Below, piece by piece: positions 12,575 through 26,206 of a stretch of DNA of 58,084 nt; position 1 is the first letter of the stretch, and every line of letters begins with the position of its first letter. Origin of the DNA: Atractiella rhizophila. Its lineage: Eukaryota. Under the pieces are notes generated by a model. The model was given only the letters and a program-made list of their open reading frames with translations, was not told the DNA's origin and ran no database searches. Both the position numbers and the translations under genes were made by a program. The DNA lies in the NCBI GenBank assembly GCA_021432655.1, contig MU271253.1:62001-120084 (forward strand). Reading direction: 5' to 3'.

Positions 12575-15500
12575 ATGGACCTCTCTTTCTTCCCAAACTC
12601 CTCAGAGATTATCTCTCTCCTAACCCCAGTTTGCCCATCTCCTTCAGCATCGCAGTCCCAGTCGCAACCAGGGCAACCACACGGAAAAGGGAGGGATGAA
12701 GAGGGTCGGCTCGGCGTTACAGTAGCAGCAATGAGAGCAGGGATAGTCAGGATAGAGACTGCTGAAAAGGGAGGACAGGTGATATTTGGGGAGGACGTGG
12801 AAGAGAAGGCAGTGCGCGCGTGGAATGAGGTTTGTTCTCGTTTTTGTGTTTGAAAAAAGGGACGAACGCGTGTTTTGAGCTGTGGTTTTTGTTTTAATTT
12901 GTAAATTTTTGTACTCTGGACCATTTTTGGGCCAGAGACACGAATTCTCTGCGGATATTGCCAATGGTTGCGGCGCAGACGCGTAGTTCTGCTTGTCGAA
13001 AGGCTTCAGGAGGAGACGGATCTGAAAGGAAGAGGAATGGGATAACAGAAAGGCAGACATTCGAGCCTTCCTCCCAGCTTACCTGTGCTAGCCTCATGAC
13101 ACGAAACATGTCCCATCAGACCCATGCTGTCTAACAATCTTTCGCAGCCTCACTTTTTCTTTATTAGCACTAATGTTCTTCACCCACCAGGCAACAAACC
13201 TTCACCGGCACTTCTTCCTACGACCCAACACCCTCTCTCTACCAAACGAGAAACAACTCAAGCTGGTTATCGCCGTTAGTACGTGTTCCTTCCTATGACC
13301 CTGGTCGCCTTCTCCTGCTCCACGACTGTCTCCACTTCTGCCACTTAACCCCATCAACTCGTTGCTAATAGTAAATGGATAGTGCGACATGCTTCCATCC
13401 TGCTGCTCTCAATCGTATACAGGGACGAACCACAAGAAGCGACGGCGCTCATTAGGCGATATACGAAGGCTTCTTCGACGCTTGTTTGTCAGTTCTCCTC
13501 CTCTTAATTGTCTTTCTTCTTAATAGCGGAGCATGATGTTATTTATTATGGTCTAGGGGCAGGCGAGCCGAAATCCTCCATCACGTTGCTCGAGCGTGCC
13601 GCATCCGTGCCTATTTCCTATTTATTTCTGCCCACTTTGAGATGGAACTGACGACAGTTTGCGGGTTTAGTTGGCAGAATCTGTAAAGGTAGACAATAAG
13701 GAGGCAGCTGGGGCTATGATTGCTTTTTATGGAATGAGAAGCGAAGTTGTTTGTATCCCTTCCCTTACTTTGAAACTTCCCTGTGAAAATGAATTCTCTA
13801 ATTCGCGGCTATGTTGGAAGGCCATAGATGCTTCGAATACCGCGTTGGCGAAGTTTATGTTGACTAAAGCGAGGTATGTTTCTGTTTATCGACCGACGTT
13901 CCCACTAAGCGATTTTGCTAGTGGTATGCTCTTCTCTTGATTCCAAGAATTCCGCTTTCTTATTTAGCCTGACTACGAGAATAGACGACTCGATTCTCAC
14001 CAACGCAAGACGAAGTGATGTTGAAATTCTCCTCACAAAAATTTATAATGCTTCCAGATCACTTATTGGCCCCTGTGTCGACGCTGCTATTGAGTGGTTC
14101 ACCATGGGGTTAGACGTTGTGGAACGCGTCGAGAAGATAGGAATGGCAAATTTAGATGGCAGATGGAAGATAGGGATGATGAAGGGTCTTTGTAAGTCAT
14201 TTTCTGCCTTTGTTTCCGCTGTAAGTATATATTGTTGATGCATCTACTTTAATGAGGATAGGTAAGGCGTACTCCTTGTCTGGAGAGCTCGGGGATGCCT
14301 CCCACGCAGTGCATGCAGAGAAGCTGCTTTCAGATCTACTCGTTCGTCCTCATCCCAACAAATATCCTAGACAATTGTCCTTACATTTCTGGACAGATCA
14401 TAAGTCCAGACGACGCTGCGTACAGGCAATACCTGAAACTTGTTCTTGCGAGAGGGGCCACGGATATCGATCTCCTTTTGGGTACGTTCTCACTTGTTAC
14501 TTCATGAAAGGGTATTAATGGTGGAATGGACAGCATTTGAAAAGACTGCTACTATGCTGACTCGTACAAAGGACGGATGGGCAAGTAAACTGGACCGGTA
14601 GATCCCCCCTTGCTCATATCCCAAATTTAATTAGACAATGATACTCTGGTGGATAGCTTGTTGAGAGATATCCTGCGACTAGGGACAGAGAGGAAAGAAG
14701 TGAAGATTCAGGCATTGGGCACTTTGCTTCGCGTGTTCTCAAAGGAAGTGATGAGAGGAAGGCAAGACGCAGAGGAGCGATGGTTGGTTAAGCCCTTCCA
14801 ACACCTCTTCTCGCTGGTAGATGCTCAAGAGCTGCATCGTATAATTCACGCCATTGAAATCATTCATCAACGTCAGTCTTTCTCCCTCCTTCTGTCGATG
14901 GTGACATATTTACGGACCCGATGGGACAGACGTACCAGACTTCTGCTTCTCCCCAACCTCCTCTTTTGTGCTCCAATCTTTCATCTGGAAAGTGGGAGAC
15001 AAGTGTTTCGCCAACAATTTGCTAGATGTTGCGACGGAATGGTACCTCTTGTCCACGAATGTTATATTCAATGAAGCTCCCAGGGAAAGCATGGCATCCA
15101 TCCGGTTCGTCCCTGTCCCTTCTTTTCTAACTCGAAGTGACTCAAAGCCCATGTCTTCATAGAAAAGCGCTGTTGTGTTGCATAGAAGGGAAAAACTGGG
15201 ACATGGCAAGGAAGGTGGAGGTTAAACTGAAAGAGAATAAAGAGGCATGGTGCGCTTTCCCTCTCTCTGCTAACTCCGCGATCCCCAATATCACTTCTGA
15301 AACAGCTCCTACTTTCTCAAATTCTTCTATGCTCTCTGCGAGGGAGACGAATCGCGAGGTCCGCCACTCCACTTTCCCATTACGTTTCTTTACACACTGA
15401 AAAGGGAAATACAGCCAGTCTCATGATTGAAGAGCTGCTTCTCTGCGATGATTTTGAAATCAACTACTTGTACTGGGCGGCTAAGCTAGCAAATGAGAAA

Positions 15501-17086
15501 GACTCCAAGACTATCCTCACTTCAGTCCTCGAACACCTCATCCATTTTGCTAAAACGGCGAACATGCTGCCTTCAGGACTTCATGCTATCGTCGCAATTA
15601 GGTTTGTCTACTTTTCACGTTCGTTAAGCAGTGTGGGCTCAACCAGAACAGATGCTCGTTGAACCTGCTTATCGGTAGCCTACGAAATTCCGAAACATTT
15701 GAGTATGAATTTTCGGATTCCTGGGGATGACGGCTCACTAGTAGGTTGGCGTAGGGCTGCAGCTCTTTTGGATATCTGTCAACATTTTGAAATCAGCAAG
15801 TCGTTGCTATCCTACTACTTCCTCTATATTGATAACTCTAAAGCATTGAAGAACCTGCAGGATCTTAATTCCTGTGCGAGCAGCCAAGAATCTGCTCATT
15901 GGTTCTTTGCCGAAGGTATTTATTTCATTTGAGACATTCAGTCCCACCAACCCCTGATCAGCCTATAACCTCTGTTGCGAGAGTGTCGAATCTATTCCGT
16001 CCGTCATCCTAGATCGACTGGCAGATGTGTCGATTGCACTGGGACAACTTTTACCGAGTGATGATCGGACTTCAGCAGCTCTTGCTTGGTTGCTGTTTTT
16101 CAGCACCATCATCAAACTCCACCTGGCAAGGGACAAGGAAGATGTAGGTTCTTTCCTCTATCGAACGGTTTGCGGCTGAAAGATGATGAATTAGGCGGAC
16201 TGGAATGGCGTGAAGCAACGAGCACAAGAGGCGATATACCACCAAAGTGATCCCATCATGAAGCAGTCCTTATTTTGCGCTGCTTGGGAGGCCACAGCCC
16301 GCCTTGGAGAGTGGGACGAGTGCTTTGCAGCGCTTGAGGTACTTCTCTCTGCCTCTCGAGGACCGTTACTTCCATCGCTTTCCCTCCTCCTTTGTAGAAT
16401 GAAGCGAACGATGCGAAAGTCGTTGAAATGCTTGGAGATGCACTCCTGAACATAGAGTCAGCGGGCAAAGAAGCTTTTTTACGCATGCTCGAGGTAGGGT
16501 GCCAGACTCTTAAATGGTATGGACGCTGAAATTATCGTCAGGCGCTTCTGTCGAAACAACTTGACAATGGTGCTGTCACTCAGTGAGCCCTAAACCACAA
16601 CTTTCGCCCCAGTTCATACCGCTACAGGGATCAACTTGCACGGTGGATCCGCATATTAATAATCGCTGCCCTCGATAATGGGGATAAGACAGAGATGCAA
16701 GGGTACATGCACAAAGCCATCGAATGCCTCGATCGCCATGGCTCTGGATCGTATCCTGTAGACGAGCTACAATGGTGAGGATTTCTTTCCAATGCATCGT
16801 ATCAGCTTAGTCATGCTTCTCTTGCAGGCTAGTCATAACCTCTTGGGAGGAAGGAGTCGAAGCTTTAGATCGCGGCGATAAATCTTGCGCTCTTCGATTC
16901 TTCGAGATTGCACTGCGACTTCGGTCAGAGGTCAATGGACCGTTGTGTGACCAGGTTGGCGGTTTCCTGATCCGTGGGTCATATTCTCACAGGCTTTTGG
17001 CGTGGCAGGTCCTTGAGATGTGGGATGCTGTGGCGAACAACTGCGGTTTGCAACATGTGCAGCTGTCCAGTCTAGAAGAGTATTGA
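12575..17086 (+). CDS. SPO22: meiosis-specific TPR protein SPO22/ZIP4 (TEX11-like), many exons
   Basis: Long helical TPR-like product with 'FIWKVGDKCFANNLLDVATEWYLLS', 'RKALLCCIE', and C-terminal 'RYPVDELQW...SWEEGVEAL', resembling the Spo22/Zip4 YP.EEL.WL...WN motif. Assignment is from recalled family motifs. Confidence 0.7.
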
Positions 17087-17776
17087 GGTCCTTATAGTAC
17101 AGGTGTTCGGTTCATCCCTTAATTGCCTCAATGTGTCAATACTCGGATTCTGACCGCAGTATTTTGGTGAATAGATACACGAGATTGTTTCAATAACACA
17201 ACCGTAGCCACTCCCAATGAAGCTCACAGTTGTACAAATGAACAATGGGCTCTGTTGAACCCGCTCGTTGATGCCTCCTTGTCTGACATGTCACTTTGCA
17301 CGCGTCGAGCTATCGGATTCCACGAAGACAGCTTTGGAATCGAGTGGTCGCTTTGATTTTACAGTTGCACCACTCTTTTCAGGGCTAGTGCAATGTTTGC
17401 GTTTGCGTGGCCTGCGTTTGAGCTCAATTGGAGCTTCATATTCCGGTCATCATTCATCGTTTAACGGAGAAATAATTGATGATTATCGATTATCCTCGGC
17501 ATTTCTCGATGATGTACCGAGTAGACATGCGTATCTTCACCTGGCTGTCCTTCTGGGAGATTATTGACACCTTACCGAGGACTCTGCGTCTGATCCTCCA
17601 AGTCCGACGACATGCCGATTCAAAGGCATGATATGGATGCTGCTCTTCGGGACTGCCTTCGGTGCGTCAAAGGGCGGCGGGTGGGAACGGTTAGTTCTAT
17701 GCGCAAAGATGGAGCATGCCAGAGAGGTACAAATGGAGGAGGTTTAGGACATTGTCAATTCAAACATTGTCACAAA

Positions 17777-18595
17777 ATGCCTGTTGCTCCAACCGCAAAG
17801 TTGAATCTTAGCCGTCCTAGGATCATCGCCGTCAATAAGAGAGGCGACTTTTTCTTCTGCAGACAAGGTCGGTATCGTACCTTTATTTACTCCTTACATA
17901 GCTTAAGCATTTGAGACAGAATTGTCGATTTTTTGCGAAATGTCGATGCAAGCCTTGTTCCCGATTCCAGCGTGTTACGTTCCGACACAAGTAACTCCAC
18001 CACGGATCTCAACGTGGATGGTGCGCTCGTTCATTCCACTACAATAAAAACCTGACACCAAAGCCGACTGTAGTCACATTTACTATATCGCACATCTATA
18101 CCGAACTCCTACGTCTTCTTCGCCATCCATCTCCTCCTGCGCCTTTCTCGATCACATCATGCGAAGCAAGGCGGCCCTCCTCCTCTTTTCCACCATCGAC
18201 TCCTCCTCTCCGCTCTTATCCTCTCAACAAGCTACCTGAAAGATAATTCTTTCTCTTCCCGTTCATGGCGCGAAGCTTCAATGTCGTTTTGGACCATTCC
18301 CCAAATCGACGGGATGCAACTGGAGCTGCTGCAAGCCCTCAATTGGCGCTTACGTTTGGAAGGTGAGGATCTGGGACGGTTATTGGAGAAGTATGAAGTG
18401 GAGTGGGAGTCGATAGAAGGACGCATAAAGACCGAGAAGGAGAAGGCTGTCGGGAAGGTGTCACCAAGTTTTGCGTCGTTCCGAACCATGGGGTTTGAGA
18501 GAGGCAAAGGTGCAAAGAGGGAGTGGACGATTGCCTTTCTGAAAGGCTGCGATAGCGACTCGGAGGAGTCAAAATACGGTTCGAAATCATGTTGA
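17777..18595 (+). CDS. Pho80/Pcl-type cyclin, copy 1 (3 exons)
   Basis: Spliced product MPVAPTAK...FCEMSMQALFPIP...YVFFAIHLLLRLS...HRLLLSALILSTSYLKDNSFSSRSW...IDGMQLELLQALNWRL forms a cyclin box. Confidence 0.75.
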
Positions 18596-19008
18596 TTTGT
18601 GAATGTGTATGCAAACTCGTCATTGTGTAAATTACGTCTTCATTCGGGACTAAAGTGAATGCAACTCAGATGTTGTACAACAGGAGTGGTATTTATTTCA
18701 CATTATCGATATACGGTGAGGATTTTGAGCAAGTAAGAACTCGTCAAGAGTGATACAAACAATTGCGAATGAATGAAGTGTCCATTGTGGCACAGAAGAG
18801 TCCATTGAATGTCCCAAGGAATGAAATGTGTATGCACCGGAAGGGTAATGATAATAAAAGGGTATTAGTCTGAATCCAGCGTACAAAGCGAAGCAGCAGA
18901 CTAGATGCGATGATGCGACGGAATCGATTTTGAAAACGAGTGACGACGAAAATTGCCCAAAATCCAAATGAATACCAATTCCAACAAGACTACAACCTAA
19001 AGGTTTCT

Positions 19009-19962
19009 TCACGATGTGACCCAGAGGCCGCGCCTCTCCAACGACTCAATCGGCCTCGTAGAAGCCTGGAGAATGCTCCCCGACCGCTTTCGCTTGAAGG
19101 AGGAAGGATGATTCGAATGCGAGTTAGGATTCGGATTCGAGTGATGCGAACGTGAGGGTAAGGAAGCGAGTTTGGCGGCTTGTCGATGAAGTGAATCTGC
19201 CTTGCGATCCCGCATCAGTTTCTCCTCCCACTCCGCAATGTAGCTTTCGACGATCTCTTTCAGATCAGGAGAGCCCTACATTCCCAAGGTTACTATCGGG
19301 GGGAAAGATGAACAAAAGTAGACATACCAGAGTCCAATCTAACGAGCTCATCATCTCCATCTCCATCTCGTTAACTTCACGTAGAGTGAAGAGAGACTTG
19401 GATGCGATAGCGAAGGATCGATTTGAGTAGCTGTCGTCCATGCTATACTTGGTGGCCAAGAGCAAGGCAGTGAAAATTAGCCGGTGATGAACCAATCGAG
19501 CTAGCGGCGCATCCATCTCTGCTGAGGAGAAGGAGTAAACAGCCGATAAACGGTTCACTAATCACCACGGAGAGGCAGTCAGCTCGATCTCATTTTCCAC
19601 ACCGCAAACGTACGAAGGTGAAGAGCGTGGAAGACGGTTGTTTGTGGGAGGGCGGTTCGATAGAAGAAGTAAGCCTTTCCAAGAAAGGTCAGCATCCAGC
19701 TTGATCACAACAACTGGAAACTTACAAGCCATTCTCCGATGGTTGGCGGCGAGTCACCGATGACGGAGGAAGATGTTGCACGAGCGATTTGCTTGGCTAC
19801 TTTCGCAGGGAGGGGGAACAAGCTATGGACGGTGTGTTCGCAGAGCAGGCAGATGTCTAATCCGTGCTCATTTGTAAGAACCTCAACCGATGAATAAAGT
19901 TGAATGAACGCACCTTTACGTCCGTAGTATTTTGCGTCGTTGTTGCTATTACTGATGGCCAT
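19009..19962 (-). CDS. Pho80/Pcl-type cyclin, copy 2
   Basis: 'HRLIFTALLLATKYSMDDSYSNRSFAIASKSLFTLREVNEMEMEMMSSLDWTL' is a canonical Pcl cyclin box. Start is MAISNSN. Confidence 0.85.
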
Positions 19963-22802
19963 GGCTCTGTATAGAAGGTGAAAGTGTCCTTTGTGGTTTG
20001 GCAATGTGGGTATGGAAGTACAGTGATGGTTGGATAGAAACTGGGGGAGGGACGAAAGAGAACGAGAACCTTTTATAAGAACGGGCCAAGTCAAGGCAAC
20101 GAACTCCGCGAAGCGTTCGCGCAACGGGCACCAGTTCTAAGCTCTTAGACGCACCTATTGAGAAATAAGCCGAAGTGTATCGCTCGGGAGATAAGAATGA
20201 AGTCGGAGCAGCGGCTTTGAGTCGTGCTGCATGCCACCAAGCGTAAAAACGTCTCCAGGCGCGGAGGTGACTCACTTCTATTGGCAGCTGTGTTTCGTAC
20301 ATTGACGAACAAATCCCAATCAAGCCTTGTCATGGAAAAGAACAGTGGACACATGCATCCACAACCTTGGGAACATGAAAGTTGCCTCAGCAATCGCACT
20401 CTGTACGAATGTACTTTGTCTCATACTTCGAGAGGATACGACACTCAGCGAATCGAGCTGGCGAATCGAGGAGAATTGAGGATCGGACTCGGAGGACTAC
20501 TACCAGCGGTACTCCCGTACACTCCTGATCTCGGTAGCATCTCCATGAGTTTGCCATGGAAATCAGGGAAATCTCTCGAAATGGACGCCCAATGAGGCGA
20601 TCCCTACTTTGTATGTTCTTCGGCCGTCTACCTCGCTCAGCGCTAGAACAGCAACACAACAGCCTTCACGGTCGCCGCTAGCATACCACGGCAAACGCCT
20701 CTAATCATCCTCTCACTTTAGATCCCCGTCGGAGACCTGGAGAGAAGCACACTACTGTTTTCGTGCTTTTCTTGGACGAGCTCGTGGAACGTCCGGGTAT
20801 GAGCCTCTGGTGATCTGATGGCTGGTGAAACGAGAGGTTTGTCATTAGCTCTCCCGGTCGCCGTACTTGGTAATCGATCAATCGATTAATTGTCTGTGGA
20901 CGGGGACGGTAAAAGTGTCAACAGGCTACATAGAGTCTCGTGCTACCGCCAAGCTGACTCCGTGATAGCTTCAGAAAAGCAACTCGTCTCAGCTCGTTTC
21001 GGAGAAAGGGAGTTGCGCGTGTCGACAATCAACGAGTTCAGCTGACAGATGAAAAGGCGAAGATACACGCGTCGTGCGATCAAGGACCGGCGGGGTATAT
21101 ACAGTAACATTGGAAGAGACAGAAATGAGCACGCTTTGCGCTTTGCGGTTGAGCACATTGAATTGATCGATGTCCCACAATGTACACAAAGTGACATGCA
21201 CTGGCAAGCTGTCCTCCTGTGTTGTTGAACAAGGGAGTCAGATCCTCAAAGCGAGCTCATAAGCGGTCACAAGCTGTCACGTTGCAATCCCAATCCCACA
21301 ATGCTGCCATTCCGTGTGTGTTCGAACGAATGCTCAAAGCAAGACTCGAGGGTATCTTTTCAACTTTCGAAAAACGCGGTCTTCGCACACTTTGCACGGC
21401 GTAACTGAAAGAAGACGCGAACTGGCGCGGTCGTCGCCAGCCTGGTCAACTGATTGCAGGAAGAAAGCCGCGGCTAAGGTAAGTATGTGCATAAGAAAGA
21501 TAAATCAGGAACAGTTGGTGTACCTGTACATCACGTTGCCCTAACAAGAACCGCGTACTAGTATTCAACATCTTCAACTTGTTTATCACGAGCTCACGAG
21601 CAGGAGCAAGCTCAGACTTCCCGGTCAAATTACTGTATGCAATGTAATGAGTTGAAACGATGACGAGCAGCTCCCCTAACGTTTTGAGTGCGGCGAGCGT
21701 TGCCAGATCACTCGCGCCAACGTAACTGTCGGCACATAGAGCCCGACACTTCTTCGGGGACGGTGAGCTGCAACTGACTTAACGTCCTCGATCGAGACAT
21801 GTAGAATTGGGAGCTTCCGCGAATGGATCTCGCGTTTTGATAGTGTAGCTGTCGCGAAGACGGAAGACCAAGGCTTGAATCTGTTCAGAGGGACGTACGC
21901 AGTAGCGCCAAAAACTTCCAGGAAGAGGCGTGTCCCTTCTGAAACCCAGCTATTATACTTCCTGCTATTCCGCGAACAAAATTGTGCGTCTCGTTGGCCG
22001 CACCTCAGCGTGCTCGGCATGAAACACTCATCCTTCTCTGGTGCATCAACGATGTCGATCAACAGCAGTCATGCAACAGCAGTCATGGAACTATGACGCA
22101 GAAAATAGAGGATCGCAACTTCAAGCTGAACCTGAAGGCGAGCGTGCATGATGCGTGATGTTTAGACTACTAGCCGGAAGTTTGGACACGAAATTGTCAT
22201 CGACATGATAGCGTACATAAACATGGATGAATTTTTGTTCAATCTCTATATGGTAAAGCGAATATGCATGGACAAGCAAGACATCGGGATGGCATGCTTT
22301 ATAAACATCCTACATGATGAAGTTGATTTGGAGCACGAAATAATGTCGAGGAGAGCCACTGGCACGTCAAGTAAAAGCGACTGGACCCCATTGATATTCG
22401 AGAGTTTTGCAACCATTGATGGGAGAGTCATTCGAGGGATAAGGCAAGAGTAGGTTCGAAGTCGAAAGAAAGAGGGAGTACCTGTACATACAAAATGTGT
22501 TTCGTGCATTGATTCGTCCCGGTGGTAGTGCATATATCGGAACGATAGGAGTGTTACAGATGACGCACAAAGACTGCAGACGAATTGGACTGCTTGCGTG
22601 TATGCGAGAAAGAGGACTACGAGAGGCATGAGGAAGTATTTGATCAGCCGATTTAGGTAGTCCCTGAGATGGCAGAGCGATGAAGACATCCATTCGATTT
22701 GGTAAGCGGTTTCGACGCGTCAAGGAGGTGACATCGAGGAATTGATTGTGTTGAGACAATCCACATCAAGCCTGGAATTTGCCGACAGAAACCGAGGACA
22801 GC

Positions 22803-24364
22803 TCAGTTCCAAAGCGCCTTTTGAACAGCCCCGGCCGAAGAGTAAGAACGGCTCCTTCTCCTCTCCCTCCTTCTCATCTTCAACGCCTCTCTCACAGCCA
22901 TGAAAGCATGCACAAATCTAACCCCATAGTCCAATCTCAGCTCGCTTCTTCACTGAGCATGGACGAGAAAAAGGGGAGCAGGGTAAGACGTACCCGATTA
23001 AAGCAGATACGGCTCCAGAGATCGAACGTGTGCTTTCAGAATAAAAAGAATAATCGAAGACGCCCCAAAAAGCGAAGATGCAATCGGCCGCATACTTCGC
23101 ATTCTCGACCCAAAGCCACCTCCTCCTCTTCACTCCACTCCTCAACCTCCTCCTCAACCCTCTGATCCGCTCCAAATCCAACTCATACCTCTCCCTCATC
23201 TCTCCCTCCCTCATCCTCTCCAGCTCCGCCAAACTCTCACGAGACACGGGTAACGACACTCTGGCACCTTCAGGTGAGGTCGAAGTGGAGGAGAAGACCG
23301 CGGCGTTATAATCGAAGATGGGTCTAGGTGCAGGCGTGTTGGGTTGCGAGAGTCCTTTCGGCAGAGGGCGATATTGTCCAGTGACCGGATCGACGAGTGC
23401 ATAACCTTCTATAGTCCGTATCCGCCTCTTCATTCGTCCCACGAACCAATCCAGCTCTTGGATTTCCATCAGGGTCAAGAAGAAACTACTGAACGCGCTC
23501 CCGCACAACATCGCATCCGCTAACTTCCCCGACAGTGCTAACGATCGCGGCTTGGGTGCCGGAGTGCCATTGACGAGGGTGGTAGGGAGGGAAGAGGTTA
23601 GGAGGAGAGCAAGGCGGAGGACGAGAGAGAGGTCTTCGATGATGGAGAGCAAGGAGGCGCTGCATCCTCCCATGGATTCGAGAGATGCTTTCAGCCTTAG
23701 TCTCTTCTGTAGACGCTCCGATTGTTGCGCGATCGACTCTAGACTCTGTGAACGGTTCCTTCCCGTGCCTGAGCTCGGGAAGTAGGCATCCGTGGTGACG
23801 GTGGTGGAAGGAGGTGTCTTTGGAGGCGGGGAAGATGGAGAGAAGAGGGAGAAGGAAAGGAATTTGCGGAGGGTGGAGAGGAGCGAGACGAGGAGGAGTA
23901 GTCGGAGCGTAGAGTGCCTTGTCACCGTCCCTTGAGATTGGGCGGAGGGAGAAGAAGAGAGAAGGACGAAGACGTAGAAACGTAGAGTGTACTGGATGAA
24001 TCGCTGGATCCATCACACTTTGGTCATCACCTTGCTCGACAGAAGCCTCGAAGGAAGAACCAACCAATAATGGCTCTCTTCCCACTGGAGAGGTGAGCAT
24101 GTACCGAAGCACCCTGAAGAAGGATGGATTCCTCTTTGGGGAGGAAGAGCGAATGAACTGTCGATGTTGATCATGATATCATCAACGAGAGGAGCAAAGC
24201 AGCAGATCGAGAGTACGTACCTTAGTCACAGGAGCCATGAGCCTATCGTTTTCTGGCAATCCCTTTCCAACCGGTGCGAGCGCGGGAGGAAAAGGGTCCT
24301 TGGAAGAAATTGAGGGAGTCGCAAAGTCGGTGGGAGGATCCGGGATGACGGACGGATGGGCCAT
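22803..24364 (-). CDS. PEX11: PEX11-family peroxisomal membrane protein
   Basis: Spliced N-terminal 'PVGREPLL(R)FIQYTLRFY' resembles Pex11 GRDK..R.lQY. Also 'LSTLRKFL' and C-terminal 'AKYAADCIFA...ISGAVSALIG'. Confidence 0.6.
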
Positions 24365-26206
24365 GTCTTTTGAGGCGCGAGAGAAAGAGAATGCGAGAGG
24401 TGATGATGGTTTGCTGTTTTCCGAGTCGAATGCGTCCTGGTTAGCGGATCTGGTTGACATATTCACGTCAACAATTTTCGTCCTTGTGGCTCTGTTTCGA
24501 CCTTGTCCCTCACAAATTGCGCGCAATTATGATGAGAAATCTCTGGCCCTTTGCGTGATGTACCTCCGACTGAACTTGTGCGCTTGATAGGCACAATTCA
24601 GTAATATTGAACGTGGTTGAGGAACGTTGAGTTGTCCAAAATCATGAATGTTGCCAGTTGAATCGAGCGGTCGAAAATCCCAACATTGGGATTGCGTTAG
24701 GGTTATCAGCCACTCGTTCTCAGGATAAAGGTAAGGTCTTCTTAACACAGACAAAGGGCAGGACGAAAGAGGAAGAGATGTTATATTTGTTCCAGATAGA
24801 CGGGAAGAAGCGGGAGTTGCCTCCGACAGGAGAAAGACTATCCTGTAGTCTTGCGGTAATCTCTGACTCAATCTGACCTTTCTCCCGAGAAGTCTCGCTT
24901 CGTCCATCTCGATCTGTCCAGCGATATATCTGGATATATCGACCTTGTTTCGAATCTATCTGAATCAATAGCCTTGGAATTTAGTCTGCTTATCCTTGCC
25001 CAGAACTCCCCTCGTAGTTTCCCTCCTCCTCCTATCATCCCCTATCAAGACAGTCGTCCACGTCTTCTGGGTGACTAGCTAGATCCTTCAAAGTAAAAAC
25101 AAGTTTGAATGATCGATTTCTCAAATTAGATTGATACGGCAATTAGGCTACTTTGGTGACTTCAGCACTCAACTCAACTAGTTCTGTTTGTTTTTGCACC
25201 GAAGCTGCAAACGATGCCTACCTCAAAATGATATCAAGTTGTGGTGCGACGAGGCGGGATTTCAAGTACATATAACGTGAGCTCCGTCCTCACATTCATT
25301 GAAATTTCTGGTGTTGAGTTGGAATGAAATGAGGATGAATGAAGGTAATGAAATACTAGTCAGAGCGCTACTAGCAGTAGGCGAGGGAAATCCACCTCGC
25401 CGGGCTCTAATGGCAAATGCCGAGTAGGGGAATGTCCGCCTCCCATGCCTTTTCAGCGACTCACGCCGTCTTTCGAGCGCGGATATAGTTCCTTCGCTGA
25501 CTCTCGCTTTCGTGAATGAATCAGAACCGCATATCCAACCTATGGACTGAGTTTACGCTCGAAGTTCTGGCGCTTTTCTGCATCAAGCCTTGGTCGCAGG
25601 TTGATCGAGATGCGATTGTTAGATCGGAGGTCTTGCTTCATACTGAACCATGCACAATAAAAGTTTGCAGTTGAATGTATGATCCGACATCTTCCTAAGA
25701 GACGATATTCTCTGTCGAAGGTGCGACAAATTTGCGACCGCTTATCGTCTTTAGATTCTTTATCGTCCTCACAGAAAACTCGACAGCCTCTGGAGCGATT
25801 GATTGTCGAATGTTGAGCTGCCATCAAAAAATCTGAGCTGGAATTATCGAGATGGCCAATGAGGCCACGTACTACTGTCAATGAACGGTAATGAACCTCT
25901 ACATGCGAGGCATTGTGCGCGCTCATGGAAAACAGACGGAGTCAAACTGTTCAATCCAAATGATATTCCATCTTAATGATAGATCCACGGAACTGCTCCG
26001 CGATATCCAGACGTGAAAGTCATGCAGGTCCTTGAGTATGCAAATTTTTCCGCGTAATAATCTCATAATCACAGTAATTACATTTACGGATAAAGAACAT
26101 TCTCTGTCTGACTAGCTAATTGCCTCCGTTCGCTAAATAGTATGCTGCTTGGAATTTCAATGTGATATTTGGGACTTTCATTCCTCTCCAAGCCTGACTT
26201 GACTGA

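Noticed and set aside
24527..25926. 126-aa and 128-aa minus-strand ORFs
   Set aside because: No recognisable motifs or splice structure; likely chance ORFs.
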